A DNA stretch of 39,609 nt from Pirellulales bacterium (lineage in GTDB: Bacteria > Planctomycetota > Planctomycetia > Pirellulales > UBA1268). Of this stretch, positions 1-9,865 are shown piece by piece. Numbering within the stretch: the stretch's first letter is position 1; each line of letters begins with the position of its first letter. The stretch spans positions 1 through 39,609 of the forward strand of contig JBIPLS010000003.1 in assembly GCA_044368305.1 (NCBI GenBank), given 5' to 3'. Position numbers and translations under genes: made by a program. The notes under the pieces were generated by a model. It was given only the letters and a program-made list of their open reading frames with translations, ran no database searches and was not told the DNA's origin.

Positions 1-2768
1 GCCGCCGCGTGCTCCGGCCGCACCTCGCACACGAACCGCCCGGGAGTCTCGGAGAATGCCAGGGCCAGATCGTGGCCGCAGGCGTCGGCGTCGCAGGGCA
101 CCGCGGACAGGTCGAGCCGGGCGCCCGCCCGGCCGGCGATCGCCATCTCCGCCACCGCCACGGCCAGGCCGCCGTCGGAGCAGTCGTGGCAGGATCGCAG
201 CAGGCCCGCGCGGCCGGCCGCGGCGACCGCGCGGCAGGCGGCCCGGCAGGCGGCGGCGTCCACCGCGGGCAGGCGGCCGCCGCTGACGTGGCCGGCCAGT
301 TCCAGCTGGGTGGCACGGACGTCCGCCCGCGTGCGGCCGACCACCGCGAGCCGGTTGCCCGCGTCCTTGAGGTCGGGCGTCAGCGCCCGCCGCACGTCGT
401 CCACCTGGCCGACCGCCGTCGCCAGCAGCGTCGGCGGGATGGAGAGTTCGCGGGCGGCGCCCGTGGCGTCGGTCCAGGCGAAGACGTTGTTGAGGCTGTC
501 CTTGCCGCTCACGAACGGGGCCGCGAACGCCACGGCGGTGTCGCGGCAGGCGCGGCAGGCCTCCACGAGCGTCCCCAGCGACTCCTCGCGCCGGGTGTCG
601 CCCCAGCAAAAGTTGTCGAGCAGGGCGATGCGGTCCGGGTCGGCGCCCGCGGCCACGACGTTGGCGATCGCCTCGACGATGCCGCCGGCGGCCATCTGGT
701 AGGGATCGATTCGGCCCATCCGGTGCCGCAGGCCGACGCCGAGCACGATGCCACGATCGCGACCCAGCGAGCCGCGGATCACCGTGCCGTCGGCCGGCCC
801 GGCGCCCGGGCCGAGCAGCGGCTTGACCACCGAGCAGCCCTGCACCTCGTGGTCATACTGGCGGATGATCCATTCCTTGCTCGCCACGTCGGGCAGCGCG
901 AGCAGCTCGAGGAGGCAGGCGGCGACGGAGGCGTCGGCGCCGGCCCTCCATGCCGCCGGCGGGTCGGCCACGCGGGCGAACGACGACCGCAGCCGCTGCC
1001 GCGGCCGGCCCTCGTGGAGGAAATGGCAGTCGATTTCCCCGGCGACGTGCGCCTGCCAGCGGAGCACGAGACGGCCGTTCCCGGTGAAGGTGCCGATCGC
1101 CGTGGCCTCCACTCCCTCGGCGGCGGCGACGGCGGCGAGTTCGGGCCATGCGGCCGGCGGGACGGCGAGCACCATCCGCTCCTGGGCCTCCGAGATCCAG
1201 ACCTCCGTGGCCGACAGCCCCTCGTACTTCAGCGGCACGCGATCCAGATGGACCTCGGCGCCGAGCCGGGCGGCCATCTCGCCGACGGCGCTGGACAGGC
1301 CGCCCGCGCCGCAGTCGGTGATCGCGTGAAACAGCCGGCGCCGCGAGGCCTCGAGCACGAAGTCGGTGAGCATCTTCTCGTTGATGGCATGGCCGATCTG
1401 CACCGCGCCCCCGGATTGGCTCTCGCTGGCGCTCGACAACTCGATGCTCGAGAACGTGGCGCCGTGGATGCCGTCGCGGCCGGTGCGTCCGCCGGCCACG
1501 ACGACGAGGTCGCCGGCCAAGACGGCGGAGTCCGCCTGGCCCCGCGGCATGATGCCCACCGTGCCGCAAAAGACCAGCGGATTTCCCAGGTAGCCGGGGT
1601 CGTAGGCGACGGCGCCGGCGATGGTGGGAATGCCCATGCGGTTGCCGTAGTCGCGCACGCCGGCGACGACCCCGGCCAGTAGCCGCCGCGGATGGATGAC
1701 GCCCGGCGGCAGGTCGGCGGCGGGGGTGTCGGGCGGCGCCACGCAGAACACGTCCAGGTTGGCGATCGGCTTGGCACCGAGCCCCGTGCCCAGCACGTCG
1801 CGGATCACGCCGCCCAGGCCCGTGGCCGCCCCGCCGTAGGGCTCGATCGCCGAGGGGTGGTTGTGGGTCTCCACCTTCACGCACACGTCGTGGTCGCCGT
1901 CGAAACGCACCACCCCCGAGTTGTCGCGGAACACGCTCACGCACCAGTCGGCCGCGCCGAGGGCCGCGCGGATCTCGCGGGTGGCCGCAAACACCGTCTC
2001 CTTGAGCAGGTTGTCGTAGGTCGCCGGCCCCGCCGGGCCGACGTGGTCGACGGCGCTGCCCAGCGTCTTGTGGCAGCAGTGCTCGCTCCAGGTCTGGGCG
2101 ATCGTCTCCAACTCGATCTCGCGGGGCGGACGACCGAGGCCGCGGAAGTGGTCCCGGACGGCGTGCAGCTCGCGGACGGTGAGGGCCAGGCACTTGTCAC
2201 GGCTCAAGGCGGCGATGGCCGCATCGTCGAGGCCCTCCAGGACGACGGTCGTCTCCTGGAACGTCCACGGCCGGCCGCCGGCGAGGGTCCGCAGCGGCAG
2301 CGGGCCGACCACGACGTCGTGGATCGCCTCGCTGGCCAGCAGTTTCCAGGCCAGTCGCTCCACGTCGGCGGCGGGCAGCGGCGGCAGCCAGTACTTTCGC
2401 ACGCTGCGCACGGCGGAAGGCTTGAGTCCCAGCAGGGCGAACGCGTCGCGGGCGGTCTGGGCGGAGGGATCGGTGACCCCGGGCCGCGGCAGCACGTGCA
2501 CGACCGTGGGCAGATGGGACGGTCCGGCGAGCAGGGCCGCGGCGCCGACTTCCGCGGCCGTGAACGACTCGACGACCGGATCGGCCAGCACCTGGGCGGC
2601 CAGCCTGGTGACGTCGGCTTGCAAAAGATCGCCCTCGATCAGCCAGGCGGCGGCCGTGCGGGCCTCATTGCAGCCGGCGACGCCGAGATCGGCGGCGCCG
2701 GCGACGACCGCCCGGGCCGCATGGTCGCCGGCGGCATCCCGCGTCCAGACGTCAACTTCCCACAGCAT
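1..2768 (-). CDS. purL: Phosphoribosylformylglycinamidine synthase PurL with two N-terminal PurS-like modules; 3' end runs off the window
   Basis: Absent from the ORF track because there is no stop in the window. Manual translation from ATG 2768 gives MLWEVDVWTRD...LADPVVESF...LPRPGVTDPSA...ELETIAQTWSEHCCHKT...VKVETHNHPSAIEPYGGAATGLGGVIRD...WIIRQYDHEVQG, which are PurL hallmark motifs. Confidence 0.95.
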   Translation of the reverse strand, partial: MLWEVDVWTRDAAGDHAARAVVAGAADLGVAGCNEARTAAAWLIEGDLLQADVTRLAAQVLADPVVESFTAAEVGAAALLAGPSHLPTVVHVLPRPGVTDPSAQTARDAFALLGLKPSAVRSVRKYWLPPLPAADVERLAWKLLASEAIHDVVVGPLPLRTLAGGRPWTFQETTVVLEGLDDAAIAALSRDKCLALTVRELHAVRDHFRGLGRPPREIELETIAQTWSEHCCHKTLGSAVDHVGPAGPATYDNLLKETVFAATREIRAALGAADWCVSVFRDNSGVVRFDGDHDVCVKVETHNHPSAIEPYGGAATGLGGVIRDVLGTGLGAKPIANLDVFCVAPPDTPAADLPPGVIHPRRLLAGVVAGVRDYGNRMGIPTIAGAVAYDPGYLGNPLVFCGTVGIMPRGQADSAVLAGDLVVVAGGRTGRDGIHGATFSSIELSSASESQSGGAVQIGHAINEKMLTDFVLEASRRRLFHAITDCGAGGLSSAVGEMAARLGAEVHLDRVPLKYEGLSATEVWISEAQERMVLAVPPAAWPELAAVAAAEGVEATAIGTFTGNGRLVLRWQAHVAGEIDCHFLHEGRPRQRLRSSFARVADPPAAWRAGADASVAACLLELLALPDVASKEWIIRQYDHEVQGCSVVKPLLGPGAGPADGTVIRGSLGRDRGIVLGVGLRHRMGRIDPYQMAAGGIVEAIANVVAAGADPDRIALLDNFCWGDTRREESLGTLVEACRACRDTAVAFAAPFVSGKDSLNNVFAWTDATGAARELSIPPTLLATAVGQVDDVRRALTPDLKDAGNRLAVVGRTRADVRATQLELAGHVSGGRLPAVDAAACRAACRAVAAAGRAGLLRSCHDCSDGGLAVAVAEMAIAGRAGARLDLSAVPCDADACGHDLALAFSETPGRFVCEVRPEHAA

Positions 2769-3603
2769 CGCGAACGTCCTTGGCGCGGCGCAAGAGCGTG
2801 GCGAGCCGGCGGCGGTCGCCGGCCTCGATCGCTGCGAGCATCTTCTCCACGGCCCCGGCCACACGGCGCAACGCGTCGGCCACGTGCCCTGCGTTGTCGA
2901 GGATGATGTCGGCCCACAGGTCGGGGTCGCCCGCCGCGATCCGCGTGGTGTCCCGCCAGCCGCCCGCGGTGAACCGGCCCAGGGCCGGCGGAGTGGCGAC
3001 GGCCACCGCGGCCGCCATCAGGTGCGGGGCGTGGCTGGTGAAGGCCAGGATGCGATCGTGCTCCTTGGGGGGCATCACGAACACGGTGCTGCCCAGGGCC
3101 GCCCAAAAACCGCCCACTTCCTCCACGTCGTCCGGCGGCGTGCGGGTCGCAGGGGTGACGACGGCGACGCGGCCGGCGAACATGCCGCCGTCGGAGGCCG
3201 CGGGGCCGCGGCGATGCCCGCCGGTGAGCGGGTGGGCGCCCACGAATCTCCCGCGCCGCGACCGTCGCCGCCGCTCCCAAGCGGCGACGATGGTGGCCTT
3301 CGTGCTGCCGGCATCGGTGATGATCGTGCCCGGCCTGACGGCGGCGTCGATCTCTTCCAACAGCGCCGGAATCGAAGCGACTCCGGCCGTGACGACCACC
3401 AGGTCGGCCGTGGCGACGGCCGCGGCCAGGTCGCGGGACGTTTCGGTGACGGCGCCGTGCCGCCGGGCCTCCTCGAGCGAGGCCGCGGAGCGGCCCACGC
3501 CCACGATCCGCTCCGCCAACCGCCGGGCCCGGAGGGCCTGGCCCACCGAGCCGCCGATCAATCCCACGCCCACGATCGCGACGGAGTTCCAGCGGGCTTT
3601 CAT
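2752..3603 (-). CDS. tyrA: Prephenate/arogenate dehydrogenase
   Basis: MKARWNSVAIVGVGLIGGS (Rossmann), DAGSTK, FVGAHPLTG, EHDRILAFTSHAPH, WRDTTRIA. Start trimmed to ATG 3603. Overlaps the purL start. Confidence 0.92.
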   Translation of the reverse strand: MKARWNSVAIVGVGLIGGSVGQALRARRLAERIVGVGRSAASLEEARRHGAVTETSRDLAAAVATADLVVVTAGVASIPALLEEIDAAVRPGTIITDAGSTKATIVAAWERRRRSRRGRFVGAHPLTGGHRRGPAASDGGMFAGRVAVVTPATRTPPDDVEEVGGFWAALGSTVFVMPPKEHDRILAFTSHAPHLMAAAVAVATPPALGRFTAGGWRDTTRIAAGDPDLWADIILDNAGHVADALRRVAGAVEKMLAAIEAGDRRRLATLLRRAKDVRDAVGS

Positions 3604-3728
3604 GGTGCGGCAGCGGACGATCGGGCGGAAAGCAGGCGAAGTTTTTACCAGAAGGGCCGGGGGTGTGTTAGTGTCGCCGCGGCGGCCGCCCGGAAACGGG
3701 CCGCGGCGGTGACGACGGAGTGAACGCG

Positions 3729-4763
3729 ATGGCCGGCGGATCGCGAATGCCGGATCGATTGCTCGCGGAACTGTTGAGCCGGCTGGCGACGGCGCTGGCG
3801 GCCGGAATCGACCTGCGCCGCGCCTGGGCGGCGGAGACCGCACGGGTGCCGGGCCGCTGGCGTGCGGCGATGGAAGCCGTGGCCGGCGGCATCGCCGCTG
3901 GTGACGGCCTCGCGACGGCCATGCGGTGTGCCGGCGGCACTTTCCCGCCACTGGTGCGGGCGCTCCTCACCGTGGGCGAGGCCGCCGGCCGCGACGCCGA
4001 GGCGGCACGGGAAGTGGCGTCGGAACTCGAGCGGGGCATGCGTCGGCGTCGGGCCCTGCGGCAGGGACTGGCCGCGCCGGCGCTGCGGCTGCTCGTCGCC
4101 CTCGGCGTGATGGGTGTCCTGATCATGGTCAACGGGTCGATGGTCGGCCGCGACGGCAGGCCGATCGACTGGCTGGGACTCGGCCTGGTGGGCAGGCAGG
4201 GAGCGATCCGCTTCGCGGCCTGGATCGCCGCGGCATTCGGGCTGGCCGCGGCGGCCTGGCCGCTGGTGGCACGCAGTTGGGCGGACCACGGGCTGGCGCG
4301 GGCGATCGGGGCACGGGTGCCGATCCTCGGCCCGGCGGTGCGCGACGCCGAAGCCGCCGCCTGGACCCGGGCCGCGGCGCTTGCCAGCCACGCCGGGCTC
4401 GACGCCGGTAGGCTGGTCGCGCTCGCCTCGTCCGCCGCGCCGGGTTTGCGCCTCGATGCCGAGCGGGTGCTGACGCGGCTGCGCGGCGGCGCGTCCGTGG
4501 ACGAGGCGCTCGCCGCCGAGGGGCGGCTGCCGCGCCAGGTGCTCGAGGCATTCGCCGTGGGCGACCTGACGGGCACCACGGCCGAAACCCTCGGGCGGCT
4601 CGCCGACCGGCTCGACGAGGCGGCGGCGGCAGGGTTCGCGGCAGCCATCGCGGCCGTGGGATTCATGGCCTGGGCGGCCGTGGCCGGCCTGATCGCTCTG
4701 GTCGTTTTCCGCATCGCCTCCGTGTATGCCGGCATGCTCGCCGACTTCGCGAAACCGCTGTGA
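3729..4763 (+). CDS. Type II secretion/type IV pilus F-family (GspF/PilC-like) inner membrane protein
   Basis: Two T2SSF-like repeats (LATALAAGIDL...GEAAG; ...VGDLTGTTAETLGRLAD), RVPILG motif, about 3 TM segments. Start codon uncertain (3720/3729/3747). Confidence 0.75.
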   Translation: MAGGSRMPDRLLAELLSRLATALAAGIDLRRAWAAETARVPGRWRAAMEAVAGGIAAGDGLATAMRCAGGTFPPLVRALLTVGEAAGRDAEAAREVASELERGMRRRRALRQGLAAPALRLLVALGVMGVLIMVNGSMVGRDGRPIDWLGLGLVGRQGAIRFAAWIAAAFGLAAAAWPLVARSWADHGLARAIGARVPILGPAVRDAEAAAWTRAAALASHAGLDAGRLVALASSAAPGLRLDAERVLTRLRGGASVDEALAAEGRLPRQVLEAFAVGDLTGTTAETLGRLADRLDEAAAAGFAAAIAAVGFMAWAAVAGLIALVVFRIASVYAGMLADFAKPL

Positions 4764-4889
4764 AAAGAGGCCGGTGCGGGCCGAAGGTCTCAAGCCGCCG
4801 GGGGCGGGCCGTCCGATATCGCCCGCTGGGATATCGTTAGGATGCGGGTCGGAGAGGAGGATGCATCCGGCCAGCGGGAGCCACCACCC

Positions 4890-5750
4890 ATGCGTCGCCG
4901 CACCATGACCTGCGTGATCATCTGCCTCGCCTCTGCCGCCCGCGCGGCGGAGCCGGCCGCCGCCGTGCGGTCGCAGCAGGAGGTGATGAGCGAGCGGGGC
5001 TACGTGCGGCACGGCGGCGCCTGGCGGACCGTGCAGGAGATCGAACTCCTCGAGCGGGCCGAGAAGGCGAATCTCGCCCGCAAGGGATGGACCGGCCGGC
5101 TCGATCGCCTCCGCCGGCAACTCGACCAGCCGGCCGCGGCCGACCGTGCCGCCGAGGAGATGCGGGGCATCACCGACCCGGCGGCGGTGCCGGCCTTGGC
5201 GGCGGCACTCGGCAAGGAGCCACTGCCGTTGGTCCGCGGCCTCCACGTGGAGGCGCTGTCACGAATCCGCTCCCCCGAGGCCGTGGCCGCGCTCGTGGCG
5301 ACCGCGATCGACCACGCGGATGGTGGCACGCGGGCCGCGGCCGCCGAGCGTCTGGTCGTGATCGGTCCGCACGCCGTCGTACCCGCGCTGGCGGCGGCCT
5401 TGCGGTCACCCGACAATGCCCGCGTGAACCGCGCGGCCGAGGCCCTCGGTCGGCTCGGGGTGCCCACGGCCGTGGAACCGCTGATCGACGCCCTGGAGAC
5501 GAAGCACGTGGTCGTGCAGGGCGCCGGGGGCGAGGGATCGATGACCGCGGCCTTCACGCCGAACGGCGGCGGGCTTTCCATGGGCGGCGGGCCGAAGAAG
5601 GCGACGGTGGTCGCCAGGAACGACCGCGTGCTCGAGGCGCTGGTCGCGCTGACGGGGAAGAACTTCGCCTGGGACGCCGCCGCCTGGCGGACCTGGATCG
5701 CCAGCCAGCAGGCGCCGCCCGCGGGCTACGACATGCGGCGCGGGCCATGA
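4890..5750 (+). CDS. Exported HEAT-repeat protein
   Basis: Signal peptide MRRRTMTCVIICLASAARA, a GYVRHGGAW segment, and HEAT repeats (DPAAVPAL, VNRAAEALGRLG, AVEPLIDAL). Confidence 0.75.
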   Translation: MRRRTMTCVIICLASAARAAEPAAAVRSQQEVMSERGYVRHGGAWRTVQEIELLERAEKANLARKGWTGRLDRLRRQLDQPAAADRAAEEMRGITDPAAVPALAAALGKEPLPLVRGLHVEALSRIRSPEAVAALVATAIDHADGGTRAAAAERLVVIGPHAVVPALAAALRSPDNARVNRAAEALGRLGVPTAVEPLIDALETKHVVVQGAGGEGSMTAAFTPNGGGLSMGGGPKKATVVARNDRVLEALVALTGKNFAWDAAAWRTWIASQQAPPAGYDMRRGP

Positions 5751-5756
5751 TCCCCG

Positions 5757-7115
5757 TCAGGCCGCGCGGTCCGCGGCCGGGGAGTCGGCACCGCGGCGGC
5801 CGGGGAACCAAGCCGCGTCGAGCACGAGCGTCGCCACCCGGTTTTCCAGATTGGGCCGGAAGACCACGAGGAGCAGCACCGGCAGGTACCAGGCCATGAA
5901 CAGGCCGCCGTTGTGGGCCTTCCAGAACTGGCTGCCGAGCAGGACCGCGGCCGTGCAACTCATGAGCGTGCCCAGGTTTTTCGGGGCCGGCCAGATGGCC
6001 AGCGTCGCGATCAGGGCGATGAATGCCGCGAGCACGGGCAGCCGAAACACCGCGTCGTAGCCGGGCAGGGCCCAGAACCCCTCCAGCGCCACCTTGTTGG
6101 GCAGGATCCAGCCGAACATCTGCCGCAGCTGCCCGACGAACACGGTGGCGTCGGGCGAGGTGAACCACAGGCCGACCACCAGCAAGGCGAGCGCCGCGGC
6201 CACGCCGAGAGCGAATCGCCGGACCCCGCGGGTCCAGTAGAAGCTGCACCACAGCGGCAGGAGGAACACCGGATAGTAGATCGCCCCGATCGCCAGGCCG
6301 ATCAGAGCCCCGGCGACGAACGGCCGCCGGTAGGCGGCCACGGCCCACACGATCAGTGCGGCCGGCAGGGCATGATCGACGCGGCCGGTCATGGTGGCGG
6401 TGTAGGGAAGGAGCAGGTAGAGGACGGCGGCCGCGATTCCCAGCCGCACGCTCTCGAAGTGCCGCCAGCCGATGAATACCATGCCCGCGACGATCGCCAA
6501 CTGCGACACGATCGCCATCACGCGGGCCGTCGTCTCGTGCACCAGCCGCCGGCCCGTGCCGCCGGCATCGTCGGCGGCGGCCGGGTCGGGCGCGAACAGC
6601 CGCTGGGTCGAGATCTGGGGCAAAAGGAACAGCAGCGGGTAGCCCGGGCCCTGGCGGGCGAGCTGATCGGCGTCCACCTGTCCCTCGCGGGACTGCAGTT
6701 TCTCGGCGGTGGCCGCCACCGCCACGTCGTCGGCCTGGGGCCGCTTCGTGACCACGTTGGCCAGCAGGAAGACGAGGAGCGCGATGCCGAGGAACACCAG
6801 GCCTCCGGCCGTGAGGTTCGGTTCCAGCAGCGGCCGCCGCACCATCATCGAATCGAACAGCATCCGCGCCAGCAGCACCCCGGTGACGACGAACAGCCAG
6901 CCGAAGCCGATCTCCTGGGAGGCGGCGTTGCCGAGCCGCAGGCCGTGCTCCACGGCCAGCAGGCCGGGCGCGAGCATGATCAGCGCCACGAGGTCGAGGT
7001 TCCGCACGCTGAGCACGCGGTTGAACTTGAAGAACAGCGCGATCGACAGCAGCGACGAGAGATAGAACCACGACGTGGGGTTCACGCCGTAGTAATGGAA
7101 GAGGATGTCGCTCAT
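5757..7115 (-). CDS. Polytopic membrane protein, possible GT-C fold (GT87/PMT-like) glycosyltransferase
   Basis: About 11-12 hydrophobic segments; GPGYPLLF, LYLLLPY, YYPVFLLPLW and WYLP motifs resemble GT-C membrane glycosyltransferases. Function is inference. Confidence 0.6.
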   Translation of the reverse strand: MSDILFHYYGVNPTSWFYLSSLLSIALFFKFNRVLSVRNLDLVALIMLAPGLLAVEHGLRLGNAASQEIGFGWLFVVTGVLLARMLFDSMMVRRPLLEPNLTAGGLVFLGIALLVFLLANVVTKRPQADDVAVAATAEKLQSREGQVDADQLARQGPGYPLLFLLPQISTQRLFAPDPAAADDAGGTGRRLVHETTARVMAIVSQLAIVAGMVFIGWRHFESVRLGIAAAVLYLLLPYTATMTGRVDHALPAALIVWAVAAYRRPFVAGALIGLAIGAIYYPVFLLPLWCSFYWTRGVRRFALGVAAALALLVVGLWFTSPDATVFVGQLRQMFGWILPNKVALEGFWALPGYDAVFRLPVLAAFIALIATLAIWPAPKNLGTLMSCTAAVLLGSQFWKAHNGGLFMAWYLPVLLLVVFRPNLENRVATLVLDAAWFPGRRGADSPAADRAA

Positions 7116-7191
7116 CGGGGGGCGGGCAGCGGCAGCGGAGAGAACACCCGTTCACACAGGGTACGCCGCCGGCGCGGCGTTGCAAACCGCA

Positions 7192-8994
7192 TCACCGGAA
7201 GGGCCAGATCAGCGGTGCCAGCCAGACCGTGAGGGCCATGACGAGGAGGTTGAGCGGCCCGCCGAACCGCACGTAGTCGCTGAACTTGTAGCCGCCGGGG
7301 CCGTAGATCATGAGGTTCGTCTGGTAGCCCATCGGCGTGGCGAAACCGCAACTGGCGGCCACGGTGACGGCCATCACGAACGGCATGGGGCTGACGCCCA
7401 GATCGGCCGCGGTCTGCCAGGCGATGGGGAAGGTGAGCACGGCCGCCGCGTTGTTGCTCATCAGTTCGGTGAACAGCATCGTGACCGCGTAGATGGCGGC
7501 CAGCACGAGGTGCGGGTGGTCGCCGCCGGCGGCGATCGTCGATTCGGCGACCGCGGCCGCGAGGCCCGTCTTGTCCATCGCCCGGGCGAGGCCGAAGCTC
7601 GCGGCGATAAGCAGCAGCGCTTCCCACTCGATGCTGCGCCGCGCCTCGGTGGACGAGATGCACCGCGTGGCCACCGCGGCACAGGCCGCCACGAGCGCCG
7701 CCGCCACCATCGGCACCAGGTCGAGCGCCGCCGCCAGCACCATCGCGGCCAGGATCGTGCAGGCGATCCACGCCCGGTCGTGCCGGGGGGCGGCGGCGTC
7801 GCTCACCTCGCTGACCAGGTAGAAGTGGCGGCTCGACCGCTGCCGGTCGAGAAAGGCCGGCCCCGCCTCGAGGAGCAGCGTGTCGCCGGGCTCGAGCGCG
7901 ATGTCGCCGATCTTCATCCGCAGCCGCTCGCCGTCGCGGGCCACGGCGATCACCACGGCGCCGTAGGTGGAGCGGAACCGGCCCTCGCGGATCGTGCGGC
8001 CGACCAGCGGGCAGGTGTTCGAGACCACGGCCTCGACGAGCCGGCGCTCGCTGCGCGGGTCGTCGAGCTTGAAGACCTGCTCGGTGGCTGGCCGCAGCCC
8101 GCGGATCTTCTGCAGCTCCACCACCGAGTCGATCACGCCCACGAACACCAGCCGGTCGCCGGCCTCCAGCCGCTCCGTGGGCTCGACGGCCGCGAGCACG
8201 TGGCCGCCGCGGTCGATCTCCATGAGGAACAGGTTGTCGAGATGCCGGAGGCCGGCCTCCTCGATCGAGCGGCCCACCAGCGGGCTGCCGGCCTCGACGA
8301 CCATCTCCAGCGAGTACTGCCGCGGGTCATCGCTCTGGCTCATCGGCGGCCGGCGATCCTTGAGCAGCCAGCGGCTGGCCGCGAGCAGGTAGACGAAACC
8401 CGCCCCGAGCAGGGCCACGCCCAGCGGCGTGATGTCGAACATCCCCAGCGGCGCGCCCCGCTTCTCCTCGACCAGCCCGCTGACGACGACGTTGGTGCTC
8501 GTGCCGATGAGCGTGCACAGGCCGCCAAGGACGACCGCGTCGTTCATCGGCATGAGGAGCTTCGAGACCGCGAGCCGATGCTTCTTCGCCCAGTCGCGGA
8601 TGGCGGGCACCATGAGCGCGACCACGGGCGTGTTGTTCATGAAGGCCGACAGCAGGCCCGGACCGACCATGGTCCGCAGCTGCGCGGCGGCCAGCGACCG
8701 CGGGCGGCCGAGCACGCGGTCCACGATGGCGGCCAGGGCGCCGGTCCGCTCCACCGCCGCCGCGACGACGAACAACGCGGCCACGGTGATCATGCCCTCG
8801 TTGCTCATGCCCTTGAGGGCCTCGGCCGGCGTGATCACGCCGGCGGCCAGCAGCAGCACGCAGCCGCCGATCATCGCCATGTCCGGCGCCCGCGGCACGA
8901 AGAGCATCAGGCCGAGCGTGACGAGCACGACGATCCCGGTCAGGGATGCCTGCCAGTTGGCCACCAGGGCGTCGAAGATCTCTGCGGGCGTCAT
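7192..8994 (-). CDS. SLC13/CitMHS-family permease with tandem TrkA-C domains
   Basis: SAFMNNTPVV, GGLCTLIGTSTN, two RCK_C-like segments, TELMSNNAAA, TPMGYQTNLMIYGPGGYKFSDY. Confidence 0.93.
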   Translation of the reverse strand: MTPAEIFDALVANWQASLTGIVVLVTLGLMLFVPRAPDMAMIGGCVLLLAAGVITPAEALKGMSNEGMITVAALFVVAAAVERTGALAAIVDRVLGRPRSLAAAQLRTMVGPGLLSAFMNNTPVVALMVPAIRDWAKKHRLAVSKLLMPMNDAVVLGGLCTLIGTSTNVVVSGLVEEKRGAPLGMFDITPLGVALLGAGFVYLLAASRWLLKDRRPPMSQSDDPRQYSLEMVVEAGSPLVGRSIEEAGLRHLDNLFLMEIDRGGHVLAAVEPTERLEAGDRLVFVGVIDSVVELQKIRGLRPATEQVFKLDDPRSERRLVEAVVSNTCPLVGRTIREGRFRSTYGAVVIAVARDGERLRMKIGDIALEPGDTLLLEAGPAFLDRQRSSRHFYLVSEVSDAAAPRHDRAWIACTILAAMVLAAALDLVPMVAAALVAACAAVATRCISSTEARRSIEWEALLLIAASFGLARAMDKTGLAAAVAESTIAAGGDHPHLVLAAIYAVTMLFTELMSNNAAAVLTFPIAWQTAADLGVSPMPFVMAVTVAASCGFATPMGYQTNLMIYGPGGYKFSDYVRFGGPLNLLVMALTVWLAPLIWPFR

Positions 8995-9130
8995 GCGTGC
9001 CTCGTGGCGACCGGCGCGGCCGGCACGAAATCTTTCCGGGGGGGCGGGGAGGCCGCAAGGGGAAAAACCGTGACCAGTCCGGTGTGGTCATGCTAAGGTT
9101 TGCCCACCTTGGGCCCGCGAGCACCAGCCT

Positions 9131-9766
9131 ATGACACGCCAGCCGGAGTCGTCGTCGCGCGATTCGTCGGAGGCGCGGTTCGCCGCCTGGTACGAGTCCC
9201 GGCCGCCCTGGGACATCGGCCGGCCGCAGCCGGCCTTCGTGGCGGCCGCCGACGCGATCCGTGGACGGGTGCTCGACGTCGGCTGCGGCACGGGCGACCT
9301 GGCGATCTGGCTGGCGGAGCGCGGCCGGATCGTCACGGGGATCGACTTCCTCGCGGCGCCGTTGGACGAAGCGCGGGCTCGCGCCGCCGCCCGCGGCGCG
9401 GCCGTGAACTTCCTGCAGATGGATGCCTTGGCGGTGGGGGAGATGCCCGAGCGGTTCGACGCGGTCACGGATTGCGGTTTCTTCCACACCCTGGACGACG
9501 CGGGCCGGACGGCCTACGCCGCCGCCCTGGCGCGGCTCCTCGAGCCGGGCGCCGGCGTGTTCATCCTCTGCATGGCGGACACCGAACCCGGCACCCACGG
9601 ACCGCGGCGGGTGAGCGTGGCCGAGATGTGGGCGACGTTCGGCCCCGGCTGGACGGCCCGGTCGGCCGCGCCGGCCGTGTTCGAGTTCGTGCCGGGGATC
9701 CCTGGGGCGGAGTTCAGCCCCGGTGGCGCCCAGGCATGGTTTTTCCGGTTTCGGCGGGCGGCGTGA
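9131..9766 (+). CDS. Class I SAM-dependent methyltransferase
   Basis: PPWDIGRPQPAF, VLDVGCGTG, FDAVTDCGFFH. Confidence 0.9.
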   Translation: MTRQPESSSRDSSEARFAAWYESRPPWDIGRPQPAFVAAADAIRGRVLDVGCGTGDLAIWLAERGRIVTGIDFLAAPLDEARARAAARGAAVNFLQMDALAVGEMPERFDAVTDCGFFHTLDDAGRTAYAAALARLLEPGAGVFILCMADTEPGTHGPRRVSVAEMWATFGPGWTARSAAPAVFEFVPGIPGAEFSPGGAQAWFFRFRRAA

Positions 9767-9865
9767 CCGCCGCGGCCGCCGGCGGATCGCCGGCATGACC
9801 GCGCGATAAACTGACGCCATGTAGCCGCGGGCCGTTCCGCGATCCGTCCGCCAGGTCTGTCGCTC

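Noticed and set aside
4790-4836. Sigma28-like promoter (TCAAG...TCCGATAT) and a doubled GATATC palindrome
   Set aside because: The 17-nt spacer is too long for a FliA-type promoter. The CGATATC...GATATCG inverted repeat could be an operator or hairpin, but it is a single instance with no supporting evidence.
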